Assembly (NCBI GenBank): GCA_044229845.1
Contig: JBGASG010000002.1
Coordinates: 160,001-224,000 of the forward strand
Length of the DNA: 64,000 nt
Direction of reading: 5' to 3'
Source of the DNA: Candidatus Obscuribacteraceae bacterium
Lineage (GTDB): Bacteria > Cyanobacteriota > Vampirovibrionia > Obscuribacterales > Obscuribacteraceae
Shown: positions 49,427-59,725 of the stretch, one piece after another
Layout of the letters: each line of letters opens with the position of its first letter
Numbering within the stretch: the stretch's first letter is position 1
Notes under the pieces: generated by a model
The model's database searches: none
What the model was told of the DNA's origin: nothing
The model's input: only the letters and a program-made list of their open reading frames with translations
Position numbers and translations under genes: made by a program

Positions 49427-51505
49427 TCAATCCAGAGGATGCCGCTCACCGGGGGACACCCAGGTCTCGTACTGTTTCTTATAACGCCTGATCGGCTCCA
49501 TGTTTCCTGTAGCCCTGCACGCATCGTACAGTCGAACGAGAAGATCTCCCCAGGCGTGTCCTCCCTGCTTCGTTTGGTACGCCACGGTTTCTTCGGTGAG
49601 GCGCAGCTCCTCATCGTATTTCTTGAGAGCATGCAGCGTTTCTGCCAGACCCATCCGCGCCTGGTCCGTGGTCACAATGTGCTGCATGTCCTCGGGTGCG
49701 TCCTGCAAGCAGCGGCGAAACGTACGCTCCGCCGACTTGTAATCCTGCACATTTAAATAGGCTTGCGCCATGTCGCGCTCGATCCAAATTTTGTATTCAC
49801 TGTCGGCCGATACCTGCAAGGCCTTCTGCGCTTCGGCAATCGCTTCTCGCGGCTTTGATTCGTGCAGGAAGGCGCGAACAAAATAAGCACGCGCCGCATC
49901 CCGCACCACCGGACGAAGCTGTAACTTTAAAACCGACTGCGCTTCATTGATGGTGCCGGACGGATGCCCCTGCGTCCACAACGCATCCAACTCGGCAAAA
50001 CTCAACCGAGCATGCAAGTCGTCAGTATCAGCCTGGTCCGATGAACTACGGGCGTGCGGCAAATACTTCAGCCCCTCTTTCGCAGCCTCCGCGGCCTCTA
50101 CGGGTAATTGCACCGTCATGAGGAGTTTGCTCAGCAAAAGGTAAGCATCCGCACATTTTCGGCTATCCTTGCGCCTTGCATAGTCGGATTTGTAAATTTC
50201 CGCCCGCCTGCGCATGTGGAAAACTGCCGGCTTCCATTGCTGCGCAGCCTGAAATGCCTCGCTCGCTAAATGATGGGCATCGACTAGGATGTACGTTGGG
50301 GTCTTTGGATCCGCTTCCAGCTCGGCGCAAACTTTGTCCCACTCGGCAGCATTGTACGAGCGCACTTCTCTCGGCGGGCTGTCCTTGAGAATTCTGTATC
50401 GTTGCTGCGCCGTCAAATTTTTCGGAAAGCTGATCTGATTTATCGGCTTATCGCGAGGTCCAGCAGACACGTGGCTCTGCTCACCGTCGCGGGTCATCAA
50501 ATGCTTCGCCACCACAATCATAATCGGAGTAAACACCAGTATCACAGCCATCAATATCAATCGGTTGACAGCCCTTTTTCGTGCACCAGCGGCGGCGCCA
50601 CTCTGAGAAGGAAGCGCCTTATCCGTGCGGACTTCTATGATTGGTTCGGACGTAACGCCTGCAAGAAACTTACCTGTGCGAAGCAGATCAGTCTCTACAT
50701 CAGAGGCGGTGGCATAACGGCTTTCGGGATTCTTCGCCAGCAGATTCGCCACAACATTAGCGAGGGAATTAGGCACATCTGGACGCAACGCATTTACTGG
50801 TGGCGCTGTACTATTCATGTGCTGCTGCATGGTTTCAATGCCACTGTCTGCAGAAAATGGTGGCGCGCCGCACAAAGTCTCGTACAAAACGCAACCGAGC
50901 GAATACAAGTCAGATCTGCTGGTAGCACGCTTGCCCATACATTGCTCTGGACTCATATATGGCGGGGAACCGACGACACGTGTCATCGTTGCACCGGTGC
51001 CTATAGCTTCCTCCCGGGCCAGTCCGAAGTCGACGATTTTGATGTGCTCGGAACCGTCGTCGGCTCGCTGCTCGACCATGATGTTGGCAGGCTTCAAATC
51101 ACGGTGCACGATGCCCCGTTCGTGAGCATATTGCAGGCCCTGCGCAATTTGAACAGCCAGGTCAACGCAGCGTTTCAGCGGCAGCGGATGCTCAGTCTCT
51201 AGAATCGCTGCCAATGATTTGCCGGAGACAAACTCCATCACCACATATGGTGCTGCCGACTCAGGCATAGTACCAACGGCGTGCACTTCCACGATATGAG
51301 GATGCTTCAGGTCGGCAAGTATGCGCGCCTCACGCCGAAACTCCTTCAGCGCATCGGCATCCTGCGCTGACTGTGCGTGCAATACTTTAATCGCCACGGC
51401 ACGATCAAGCAGGCGGTGCCAGCCTCTATAGACAACACCGCGTCCGCCTCGCCCGATTTCTTCGAGCAATTCAAAGCGACCTTCAAGTACTCGGGATTCT
51501 TCCAT
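49427..51505 (-). CDS. Ser/Thr kinase with TM segment and TPRs
   Basis: HRDLKPAN, DFG, YMSPE. Confidence 0.93.
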   Translation of the reverse strand: MEESRVLEGRFELLEEIGRGGRGVVYRGWHRLLDRAVAIKVLHAQSAQDADALKEFRREARILADLKHPHIVEVHAVGTMPESAAPYVVMEFVSGKSLAAILETEHPLPLKRCVDLAVQIAQGLQYAHERGIVHRDLKPANIMVEQRADDGSEHIKIVDFGLAREEAIGTGATMTRVVGSPPYMSPEQCMGKRATSRSDLYSLGCVLYETLCGAPPFSADSGIETMQQHMNSTAPPVNALRPDVPNSLANVVANLLAKNPESRYATASDVETDLLRTGKFLAGVTSEPIIEVRTDKALPSQSGAAAGARKRAVNRLILMAVILVFTPIMIVVAKHLMTRDGEQSHVSAGPRDKPINQISFPKNLTAQQRYRILKDSPPREVRSYNAAEWDKVCAELEADPKTPTYILVDAHHLASEAFQAAQQWKPAVFHMRRRAEIYKSDYARRKDSRKCADAYLLLSKLLMTVQLPVEAAEAAKEGLKYLPHARSSSDQADTDDLHARLSFAELDALWTQGHPSGTINEAQSVLKLQLRPVVRDAARAYFVRAFLHESKPREAIAEAQKALQVSADSEYKIWIERDMAQAYLNVQDYKSAERTFRRCLQDAPEDMQHIVTTDQARMGLAETLHALKKYDEELRLTEETVAYQTKQGGHAWGDLLVRLYDACRATGNMEPIRRYKKQYETWVSPGERHPLD

Positions 51506-51629
51506 CGTGTCCTCGTCACTAGAATACTCCCAGGTCGGGATTTTCGCCCGATGTCAATAGACTTACCCGGGCGTCTTCCAGCTAAAATAGCCGGCAGGCA
51601 TCCCCGTCACCCAAGTCAGATCCCCCGGC

Positions 51630-53858
51630 TTGCCCGGTGAGCGTGCAATCATGAAATCGAAAAGATGGCTCCTTTCAGTTATCGCGGTCCTGTCTGTGGT
51701 TTCTTCCATGGCGACAATTGCCACAGCCAAAGATTCCGGCGGCAATGAAAAGCTATGGCGCACGTGCAACGAATCAGCCGCCAAAGAAGCGAAACTCGGT
51801 CATCCGGTCGAAGCGCAACGCTTATACGAAACGGCCTTGCACGAGGCAGAAAAGTTTGGTGCAGACGATCTCAGACTAGCATCGAGTCTGATGAACCTGG
51901 CAATCCTGTATCACAACAGTGGCAAGTTCAACGAAGCAGAACCGCTCTTCTCCCGCGCTTTGCCGGTCTATGAGAAGCAGAAAGGCGCCGACTCAAAACT
52001 GGCGGCCGATGCACTGGAAGCGATGGGCGCCAACTACCGAGCACTGGCCAAGTTCCCGGACGCGGAAAAGTACTTGAATCAAGCAATAACAGTGTTTACC
52101 AAGTGTTGCGGAAGTGATTCCATCGACGTTGCCAACGCAATGAATCAGTTAGGACGCACATATTTGGCGGAGAAGAAACTCTCCGACGCGGAGAATCAAT
52201 ATAAGCGCGCACTATCGATTTACGAACGCAAGTACGGCGAAAAGAGCGAGCGAAACGTGCTGATCATGCACAACCTCGCCCAATCTTATACAGAGCAGCG
52301 CAAATTTGAAGATGCCGAACAACTCTTCCGCGACGCCCTGGCGGCCAATAAAGACTCGACGGAGAATGAGCAGAAAGAAGCCTTACTGATGAGTGGTCTG
52401 GCCAGCCTCTACCGCACGCAAGGCAAATACGACGAAGCAGACAAGCTGTATCCACGCATTCTTCAAGTGGAATCAAAGATTGATGATCCGCTGAATGTCG
52501 AACGGGCGATCACATCCAGCAACTACGGACTGAATTTGTTTTACATGGGACGATACGATGAAGCAGAGGGCAAATTCAAAGAAGCGCTCGCAGTCTATGA
52601 AAAGCGAGTCGGTCTAAACCATCCCGGCACCAACTTGATCAGAGACAATCTTGTCGCACTGTACAATCGGACAAAACGATACCCCGAGGCGGAAACGCTA
52701 TTGGTGCAGATGCTAGGCAGCACCGAACAACGCTATGGTGCTGTGCACACGCAGGTAGGCACCGTACTGGTGGCACTGGCAAATGTTTATGAAAAGCAGG
52801 ATAAGTTCGCAGAAGCGAAGTCAACGTACGAGCGCTTGCTAAAGCTTGACGAACAACTCTCAGGCGCGAAGAGCCCACGCGTTGCAGCCGACTTGAAAAA
52901 TCTCGCCCGCATGAATGAGAAACTCTCCGATGCAGCCAGCGCAGCGTCGATGAGTCAACGCGCTCAATCCATCGAGCAACAGTTGCCCGGTGCATCCCGC
53001 GTGAGCGCGCTTTCGGATCTCTCAGCCGGCAACGCCGCCGCCGCGCGAGCCGAGAAGGCACCAATCAAAGATAAGTGGGCGGTAGTGATCGGCATCAGCA
53101 ATTTCAAGGAATCCGCCCTCAACCTGAAATATGCAGCCAAGGATGCCACCGACTTTAGAAACTTCCTTGTCGGTTCGGCGAACTTCAAACCTGATCATGT
53201 GAAACTGCTGACAGACGGCGCGGCGACACGAGACAACATCGTGCGACAACTGGGCACCAAATGGCTCGGACGCCTGGCTAACTCAGGCGACCTGGTGGTG
53301 ATATTCATATCCAGTCACGGCACCACAGTTAAAGAAGGTGTGGGGGCCAACTTTCTGGTGGCATCGGATACAGACACCACCGGGCTAATTGGTACCGGCA
53401 TTCCAATGCAATGGCTGAGCCAGATCATAAAAGAACAGGTGCACTCAGATCGCGTGGTGCTTATCCTCGATGTGTGCCACTCCGGGTCTGCTTCATCGGG
53501 CGGGCAGAAGGGACTGACGCGTTCGAACACATTCAATGTGGAAAACGTGAAGCTGGGAAGCGGGCAAGCAATACTTTGTTCGAGCCTCGCAGATCAGGTC
53601 TCGTGGGAGTCAAAGAATTACGAGAACAGCGTGTTCACTCGCAAACTGATCGACGCGCTGACAAAACACGGCGATCGCCTCGGACTGACACAAGCGTACG
53701 ACTATTTGAAGAGCGATGTAGAGTCGGAGGTGCTGCGCGACCGCGGCGAGTTGCAGACGCCGGCGTTGAACATGAAAGCCTGGGACGGCGCCGATCCAGT
53801 GCTTTCGGTGATGCCGAGCAGCCCACGCCCCGGCATGCAAGAAGCCGACGGCCGGTAA
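51630..53858 (+). CDS. exported TPR plus caspase-like (peptidase C14) protein
   Basis: Signal peptide, kinesin-light-chain-type TPRs, SSHG, DVCHSG. Confidence 0.9.
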   Translation: MPGERAIMKSKRWLLSVIAVLSVVSSMATIATAKDSGGNEKLWRTCNESAAKEAKLGHPVEAQRLYETALHEAEKFGADDLRLASSLMNLAILYHNSGKFNEAEPLFSRALPVYEKQKGADSKLAADALEAMGANYRALAKFPDAEKYLNQAITVFTKCCGSDSIDVANAMNQLGRTYLAEKKLSDAENQYKRALSIYERKYGEKSERNVLIMHNLAQSYTEQRKFEDAEQLFRDALAANKDSTENEQKEALLMSGLASLYRTQGKYDEADKLYPRILQVESKIDDPLNVERAITSSNYGLNLFYMGRYDEAEGKFKEALAVYEKRVGLNHPGTNLIRDNLVALYNRTKRYPEAETLLVQMLGSTEQRYGAVHTQVGTVLVALANVYEKQDKFAEAKSTYERLLKLDEQLSGAKSPRVAADLKNLARMNEKLSDAASAASMSQRAQSIEQQLPGASRVSALSDLSAGNAAAARAEKAPIKDKWAVVIGISNFKESALNLKYAAKDATDFRNFLVGSANFKPDHVKLLTDGAATRDNIVRQLGTKWLGRLANSGDLVVIFISSHGTTVKEGVGANFLVASDTDTTGLIGTGIPMQWLSQIIKEQVHSDRVVLILDVCHSGSASSGGQKGLTRSNTFNVENVKLGSGQAILCSSLADQVSWESKNYENSVFTRKLIDALTKHGDRLGLTQAYDYLKSDVESEVLRDRGELQTPALNMKAWDGADPVLSVMPSSPRPGMQEADGR

Positions 53859-53916
53859 TTTCAAAGTAAGCGTTCGTTCGTAATTTCCGCAACGGGTTTT
53901 ACAAAGACTCCACACT

Positions 53917-54933
53917 TTGTCCACAACGGGCTCGTATTCTGCCTGCAGATTCCGCATACAAACGCGCTGCAGCTCTATCTTCTGCAGCGCTCTAACGGGG
54001 ACAGAAGATATGCCATCAGGGACCCATCCCGTGTCAGACATTTGGAAGATCACCGAAGAGAAGATCGTAGCAATGCTGAGCGACTCTCCTCGACGGCTCA
54101 GACTCTGCGATATCAGTGCCAAGTTCAAAGAGTGGCCGTCGCCATTGCGGCGAAGGGGAGACAGCCACACCCTGCGATTTCCTTTCTACAACACGTACAT
54201 CCCCGCATTGTCTAATTGGCGCCGATATCTGAAGGATCGTGGATGGCGCATGTGGAATCAGGAAGAGTTTTTCGAAAACAATCGGCATCACATCGACCTT
54301 AAAAATGCATCCCCTGAAGACTTGCAGCTTATTCAGGTATGGCTAACGATGATCAGTACTAAGTTATGCATCAAAGATTGCTTAGCATGCACCATCGCGC
54401 TCGACTACACCAATATGGAGGGAGATCCTGCCAAAGCCCCAACAGAAGTTTCAATACTGCGCACCAGAGCAAAATTGTACGGGCCCCAAGACGAGCCCGG
54501 CGACGACACAATTGAAGCGGCGAACGATCTAGCGAAACTATGTATCGATCTCATCGCTACATCTCACGCGTTCTACGGGATAGATTCGGTTGTAGCTGTC
54601 CCACGCTCAGATCCACGCAAGAAATACAGTCTTCCTGCCCACATCGCAGGTATGGTTGCTCACAACTTCGGGATTGACGACCTCACATTCGCCGTTGCAC
54701 CGCTGCAAAAGAGAAGGGAGACAAAAGATACCCCCGTAAAAGACAGATTGGCAAACCTGAAGGGAACCATGGCGGTGGACCCAGCGGCTGTATCCGGAAG
54801 AAGAATCTTGTTAATTGACGACTTGTATCACACCGGAGTTACACTAAACTATGTGGCAATGCTTCTCCAAGAAGCTGGCGCGACGACGATATATGGACTA
54901 TGCTGCGAAAAGACTTGTAGAAACAAGGACTAG
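53917..54933 (+). CDS. phosphoribosyltransferase (ComF-like) protein
   Basis: ILLIDDLYHTGVTL PRPP-binding loop; start probably at the ATG at 54010 or later. Confidence 0.8.
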   Translation: MSTTGSYSACRFRIQTRCSSIFCSALTGTEDMPSGTHPVSDIWKITEEKIVAMLSDSPRRLRLCDISAKFKEWPSPLRRRGDSHTLRFPFYNTYIPALSNWRRYLKDRGWRMWNQEEFFENNRHHIDLKNASPEDLQLIQVWLTMISTKLCIKDCLACTIALDYTNMEGDPAKAPTEVSILRTRAKLYGPQDEPGDDTIEAANDLAKLCIDLIATSHAFYGIDSVVAVPRSDPRKKYSLPAHIAGMVAHNFGIDDLTFAVAPLQKRRETKDTPVKDRLANLKGTMAVDPAAVSGRRILLIDDLYHTGVTLNYVAMLLQEAGATTIYGLCCEKTCRNKD

Positions 54934-54965
54934 GAGTCAAAATCACTAGCCACACAACACTGATA

Positions 54966-55874
54966 ATGGCTCTCTCGCTCGTCCGCGGAGTCGGACCGGC
55001 TAAGATTGGAACGATTTTACAAAGAGCAAAAGAGAGTCATTGCTCACTGGACGAGTTCCTGAGCGCCCAGTCGTCGCAAGGCTTCTTGACTGCGACACAG
55101 GCTGAGCAGCTGACTGCCAATGTCTCAACAGCTGAACAGCTGATGGAACAGCTAGGCGCCGAAGGAATTCAAACCACGTGCCTCGCGACTGAGCAGTACC
55201 CGAAGTCATTGGAAATCGCGCTAGGCATCAAAGCACCCCCGATCCTGTATTGGAAAGGAAATGCGAAACTGTTCGACACCCTCGGCATTGCAATCTGCGG
55301 ATCACGTCAGGCGTCACCGCGAGGGCTTGCGACCACGATAGACGTCGTCTCGCAGTTGTCTGCCGCCGCCTTCAATATATTATCTGGTCACGCAACCGGA
55401 ATTGACACCACAGCGCATGTCACCGCGCTTAAAGGCGGAGGGACCACCACGTTGGTGTTACCGGAGGGATTAACTCATTTCCGAATCCGCGATGAACTCA
55501 TGTCCGTATGGGATTGGGATCGCGTGCTTGTGATTAGTCAGTTCGCTCCATCGTCACCCTGGTCGATTGCCAACGCTATGTTCCGCAATTCGACGCTATG
55601 TGGATTGGCTCAGGCAACTGTTGTGATCGAATCGAAGAGCACCGGCGGCAGTATCGCAGCCGGACAAGTGTGTCTGGACATGAAGAAACCACTGTTCACC
55701 CCTATCTACGGAGATTCATTCGACTCAGATGGTGGGAATCAACTGCTAATCGCGGCCGGAGCAGCTCCCCTAGCTACGAGCAATCCCACCGAGCGGATGT
55801 CTATAACTCCTGTCGTCAATGCCACTGCGACCACACCGCAGCATGTAGCTATTGAACAGCTATCACTGTTTTAA
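54966..55874 (+). CDS. DprA/Smf-like protein
   Basis: APPILYWKGN, AICGSR, SGHATGIDTTAH, FRNSTLCGL, VIES. Confidence 0.88.
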   Translation: MALSLVRGVGPAKIGTILQRAKESHCSLDEFLSAQSSQGFLTATQAEQLTANVSTAEQLMEQLGAEGIQTTCLATEQYPKSLEIALGIKAPPILYWKGNAKLFDTLGIAICGSRQASPRGLATTIDVVSQLSAAAFNILSGHATGIDTTAHVTALKGGGTTTLVLPEGLTHFRIRDELMSVWDWDRVLVISQFAPSSPWSIANAMFRNSTLCGLAQATVVIESKSTGGSIAAGQVCLDMKKPLFTPIYGDSFDSDGGNQLLIAAGAAPLATSNPTERMSITPVVNATATTPQHVAIEQLSLF

Positions 55875-55889
55875 AGAGCTTGGATCGAT

Positions 55890-56951
55890 GTGACAAACCA
55901 ACTGCTTGAGAAACTAGGAATAGAGGTGCCCATTATTCAGGCACCGATGGCTGGCGTGTCCACACCAGAGATGGCGGCTGCGGTGTCCAATGCCGGCGCG
56001 CTGGGTTCAATCGGTGTGGGCGCAACCAACGCCGACGGTGCACGTTCAATGATCCGTGCCACGCAACAGCTCACCGAGAAACCGTTCAACGTCAATCTGT
56101 TCTGCCACCAACCCGCTGTGCAACATGCTGAGCGCGAAACGCAGTGGATTGAAAGGCTGCGCCCGACCTTTGAAAAGTTCGGCGCCAGCCCTCCGCCGAA
56201 ACTCGAAGAAATCTACAAGAGTTTCGTCGAAGACGTCGCAATGCTGGAAGTCTTGCTGGAGATGCAGCCGCACGTCGTCAGCTTTCACTTCGGACTGCCA
56301 CCGGAAGACTTCATAGCGAAATTGCGTGGCGCCGGCATTGTATTGCTCGCTACCGCCACCGATGTGCACGAGGCAAAACAACTCGAGGCTGCAGGCATTG
56401 ACGGCATCGTCGCTCAGGGATATGAAGCCGGAGGTCATCGCGGCATCTTTAATCAGGAGAAACTCGACGAGTGCATGGGCACGCTTCCTCTGACGCAACT
56501 GCTCACGGAAGAGACCAAGGTCCCGATCATCGCCGCCGGTGGCATCATGGATGGTGCCGGGATTAAAGCGGCGCTGCGTGCCGGTGCCAGCGCCGCGCAA
56601 CTCGGGACAGCATTCATCGACTGCCCCGAATCCAGCGCGGATAAGTTTTACCGTGAGCGGTTGCACTCGGATGCGGCTCATCACACGATTATGACCAGCG
56701 TGATCTCAGGGAGACCAGCTCGCTGCCTGCAAAATCTATTCAGTCAGTTCGGCGAGCAGATTGAACCGCATATGGTGCCTGAGTATCCACGCGCTTATCA
56801 TGCAGGCAAAGAACTGAACGCGGCGGCGAAGCAAGCCGGCGAAGGCGGATATGGCGCTCAATGGGCAGGAGAGGGGGCACCATTTGCACGCAGCCTGCCA
56901 GCCGCCGAACTGATTGCCCACCTGAAGTTAGAGATGGAACGCGCCGGTTAG
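55890..56951 (+). CDS. nitronate monooxygenase family flavoprotein
   Basis: PIIQAPMAG, QGYEAGGHRG, IAAGGIMDG. Confidence 0.92.
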   Translation: MTNQLLEKLGIEVPIIQAPMAGVSTPEMAAAVSNAGALGSIGVGATNADGARSMIRATQQLTEKPFNVNLFCHQPAVQHAERETQWIERLRPTFEKFGASPPPKLEEIYKSFVEDVAMLEVLLEMQPHVVSFHFGLPPEDFIAKLRGAGIVLLATATDVHEAKQLEAAGIDGIVAQGYEAGGHRGIFNQEKLDECMGTLPLTQLLTEETKVPIIAAGGIMDGAGIKAALRAGASAAQLGTAFIDCPESSADKFYRERLHSDAAHHTIMTSVISGRPARCLQNLFSQFGEQIEPHMVPEYPRAYHAGKELNAAAKQAGEGGYGAQWAGEGAPFARSLPAAELIAHLKLEMERAG

Positions 56952-57967
56952 AAACGGCGACCGTATTCCCATTCACCTATCGGCGAACGCATTTCCATCT
57001 GCCCCTTCTTGACGGAACCGGTCCAGTCGTCTTCCTCAAAGCCAATCACCTGCACGACATTCTGTCCCAGATCTATCCATGAACCACTGGTGCGTTTGCC
57101 GGCAAACTGTTTGAACCAGGTGCCACCAGGATTGATGACGAGCACGTCGGCATCAACCGGAAAGTTGTACTCCAGGCTGTATTCTGTGCGACCGTCGCCC
57201 AAATTGCGCTCACTGCCGAGCACTTTGCTCCAGGAGCCGCCAGCTTTTAAGTTCCAGCGTCCGATGAACGTTTCATCACCAGGTGGCGCAACGCAAACAA
57301 CAGATTTTTGTCCGCTGCGGTTGAGCAGATAGTTGGTTTGTCCGGGAACGCCAAGAGGCTTCCCATTGGGAAACAACCCTTTGCCCAGAGCTGCCGCCAC
57401 CGCGTTAGCGGGCATTCGCCCCGCTGCCCCAAAACGCGGGACTGCCGCACCGGTTGTCGGCGCCGCGGCTTGTGCCACCGCTCTCGGTGCCGCATGTTGC
57501 ACAGGCGCAGCTTGTGGAACCGCTTGAGGAGCTGCAGCAGGCGTCTGCGCGACTGGTGCTTGCTGCCCGTGTCTCTGCGCCATAATGGCGTCGGCTGCGG
57601 CATCAGCCTCGGGACCCTTGTAATTATTCTCAGCGGGCGTCTTGGGAACCATCCGCGGGCTACCGTCGGTCGGACGCAGTAACCCGACCCGCGCATTTAT
57701 CTCGCCGTAGCCATCGATTTTGACCAGGTAACGCTCAACCGCTGCCGGTCCGTAGTCGCAAGTTATGACACAGGGCACCCAGCCACCACCATACCCCAGG
57801 TAGTCATCGCGGAACTCCATACGCTGCCCGACGGCATAGTCGGCTGACGCCGGTGCGATGCTGAATGCCGCACCGAATACCAGACCTAAAAGAAAGCGCG
57901 CCTGTCTGCACACCATAGGATGACTCTCCGTGTCTACAAATCCCATTAGTCCACAGACAGGGCGCAA
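56948..57967 (-). CDS. exported hypothetical protein
   Basis: Signal peptide (start probably MVCRQ), A/P/Q-rich linker. Confidence 0.65.
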   Translation of the reverse strand: MRPVCGLMGFVDTESHPMVCRQARFLLGLVFGAAFSIAPASADYAVGQRMEFRDDYLGYGGGWVPCVITCDYGPAAVERYLVKIDGYGEINARVGLLRPTDGSPRMVPKTPAENNYKGPEADAAADAIMAQRHGQQAPVAQTPAAAPQAVPQAAPVQHAAPRAVAQAAAPTTGAAVPRFGAAGRMPANAVAAALGKGLFPNGKPLGVPGQTNYLLNRSGQKSVVCVAPPGDETFIGRWNLKAGGSWSKVLGSERNLGDGRTEYSLEYNFPVDADVLVINPGGTWFKQFAGKRTSGSWIDLGQNVVQVIGFEEDDWTGSVKKGQMEMRSPIGEWEYGRRF

Positions 57968-58001
57968 TTTCTACAGTCTATCGGCTGAGTCCGTTCGCAG
58001 C

Positions 58002-58565
58002 TTAGAGACGCCAGTAGATGCCTCTGGCTCGCTCCAGCAGTCTCGCACCGATAAGTTCGCGACGCAGTGTCGCAAAGTCAGGATGATGGCGCCCGATGAT
58101 CGCATTCACCTCTTTCTCTGAATACTCGCGTCCGACTTCGAAAAACTTGGTCAGCCACCGCAGGATAACGCTGCGTTTCTTCCGGCTGGCCGGAATCTCT
58201 TTAAGTCGTTCACCTTCGAGGAAGTCCCGCAAAATCTTCTGGTCGTACGCGTCTTCACTGACTGCTCGACCGATGTCGGTGACGGTTTCCAATGCCAGCA
58301 CGCGCTTGGACAAACCGCGCATGGCTTCGATGTTCAGTGTATAAAAGTGCGTCGTGCCTTCCGAACGCATCGAGACCAGGTTGATCTCCTTGAGTTTGGT
58401 CAGGTGATGCGACACTGTCGGCGCCCGCAAATTTAGCAGGCGGGCCAGTTCGTCCACACTGCGTTCTGATGCCGACAGGGCACCGACGATCTTGAGCCGA
58501 CTTTCATCGGATAAGGCTTTGAAAAATGAAAGGACTTCAGAGAAGTCCGGCGTTGAGACAGACAT
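58002..58565 (-). CDS. ArsR/SmtB-family regulator with DUF2087 domain
   Basis: FKALSDESRLKI...PTVSHHL; YSEKEVN...DFATLRRELI. Confidence 0.9.
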   Translation of the reverse strand: MSVSTPDFSEVLSFFKALSDESRLKIVGALSASERSVDELARLLNLRAPTVSHHLTKLKEINLVSMRSEGTTHFYTLNIEAMRGLSKRVLALETVTDIGRAVSEDAYDQKILRDFLEGERLKEIPASRKKRSVILRWLTKFFEVGREYSEKEVNAIIGRHHPDFATLRRELIGARLLERARGIYWRL

Positions 58566-58584
58566 GATCCTAATGTAAACCCGT

Positions 58585-58660
58585 TAATTCGATGGACATC
58601 TAATTAGATGTATATCAAATTAGCGTGGCGCACGCAACCTTATTCGACGAATATCTAATT
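58585..58660. promoter_or_regulatory. ArsR-type operator boxes
   Basis: Perfect palindrome ACATCTAATTAGATGT (58596-58611); three boxes resembling AATTnGAT-N4-ATCnAATT. Confidence 0.7.
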
Positions 58661-59491
58661 ACGCCTTGGTATTGTGGCAAGCAACCGCCGCAACGGATCG
58701 GTCGGAATTGCCGTAGTAATGGTTAGATGGTTTCCGGCAAATACAACACCCACCACTTCACCGCGATCGTTGAACAGGGCGCTGCCTGAATTGCCATGTT
58801 CGGTGTGCCCGTTAACTATCACGGAAGTCCGATTGTCCGGCGGTCCAAGTGGAACGCCATTGTCCGACGGCAGTCCAATGGTGCGCACAGTCGCCGGAGA
58901 GATAAATTGATAGCGCGAGCCATTCGGATGCCCGACAGCCGCGACTCGATCTCCGGCATTCGGTTGCTGCCCACTGATAGGAGCCGGGCGGCAAACCAAT
59001 CCATCGCCTGAGGGAACGCGCAGAATAGCCAGGTCATTCGCAGGATCGGCAGCAGCCACGGTGGCAGGGTGGATACCATTGTCATTGGTGCGCACCGCAA
59101 TCGAAGACAGACTGCTTGCCACATGGTTGTTGGTGGCAATCAGACAGTCATTGCCGTCGCGTCCAACCATAAAGCCGCTGCCATTGGGCCAAGACTGACT
59201 GTCTCCTAACATCCAGCGAAGAAACGACGGCAAGGTCGACAGTTGATCGACCCGCACCACAGAGGGGCTTACCGACCGCATCAACGCCAATGGGTCGAGG
59301 TCGGCATTGGGCGGAACATTGCCATAGTTGGTGCGGTCGCAAGCTTGCGGCGCTTCACCGGCTCTTAGAGTTGGAACTTCACCCGGGTTCGGTGCCCGGC
59401 AACTTTCATCCCACGCCATAGTAATGGTAAACCTCTCAAATAACGAGGATAAGCAATCGCCAAAGCGGCGCGAACAGACCGCCTGGGTCAA
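58655..59491 (-). CDS. trypsin-like (S1C) serine protease
   Basis: GSGF, TNNHV, DLAIL, GNSGS; start probably MAWDES. Confidence 0.88.
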   Translation of the reverse strand: MTQAVCSRRFGDCLSSLFERFTITMAWDESCRAPNPGEVPTLRAGEAPQACDRTNYGNVPPNADLDPLALMRSVSPSVVRVDQLSTLPSFLRWMLGDSQSWPNGSGFMVGRDGNDCLIATNNHVASSLSSIAVRTNDNGIHPATVAAADPANDLAILRVPSGDGLVCRPAPISGQQPNAGDRVAAVGHPNGSRYQFISPATVRTIGLPSDNGVPLGPPDNRTSVIVNGHTEHGNSGSALFNDRGEVVGVVFAGNHLTITTAIPTDPLRRLLATIPRRN

Positions 59492-59725
59492 CTTGGTTGG
59501 TAACTGGTGTGGGATGGCCAGTCAGCCAACTTCTAATTATGCGGCGACCAGCGTGCAAATTCTGTGACAGGCGCTACGCCGGGAGGCGCACTTCGAAAGT
59601 GGCGGGATCGGCAACCACGCCGAAAAGAGACAGACTCTTAACTGTCGGTCGGCTCCTGTATCACGTCGCCAAATTGCCTAGAATCGGTTCACTCGCTCGG
59701 AAACCAAACCCAGAGGACGCAACCT

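Noticed and set aside
50402..51202. Long antisense ORFs over kinase and other genes (also 18350-19207, 56046-56684)
   Set aside because: Shadow frames of GC-rich genes with no recognisable motifs.
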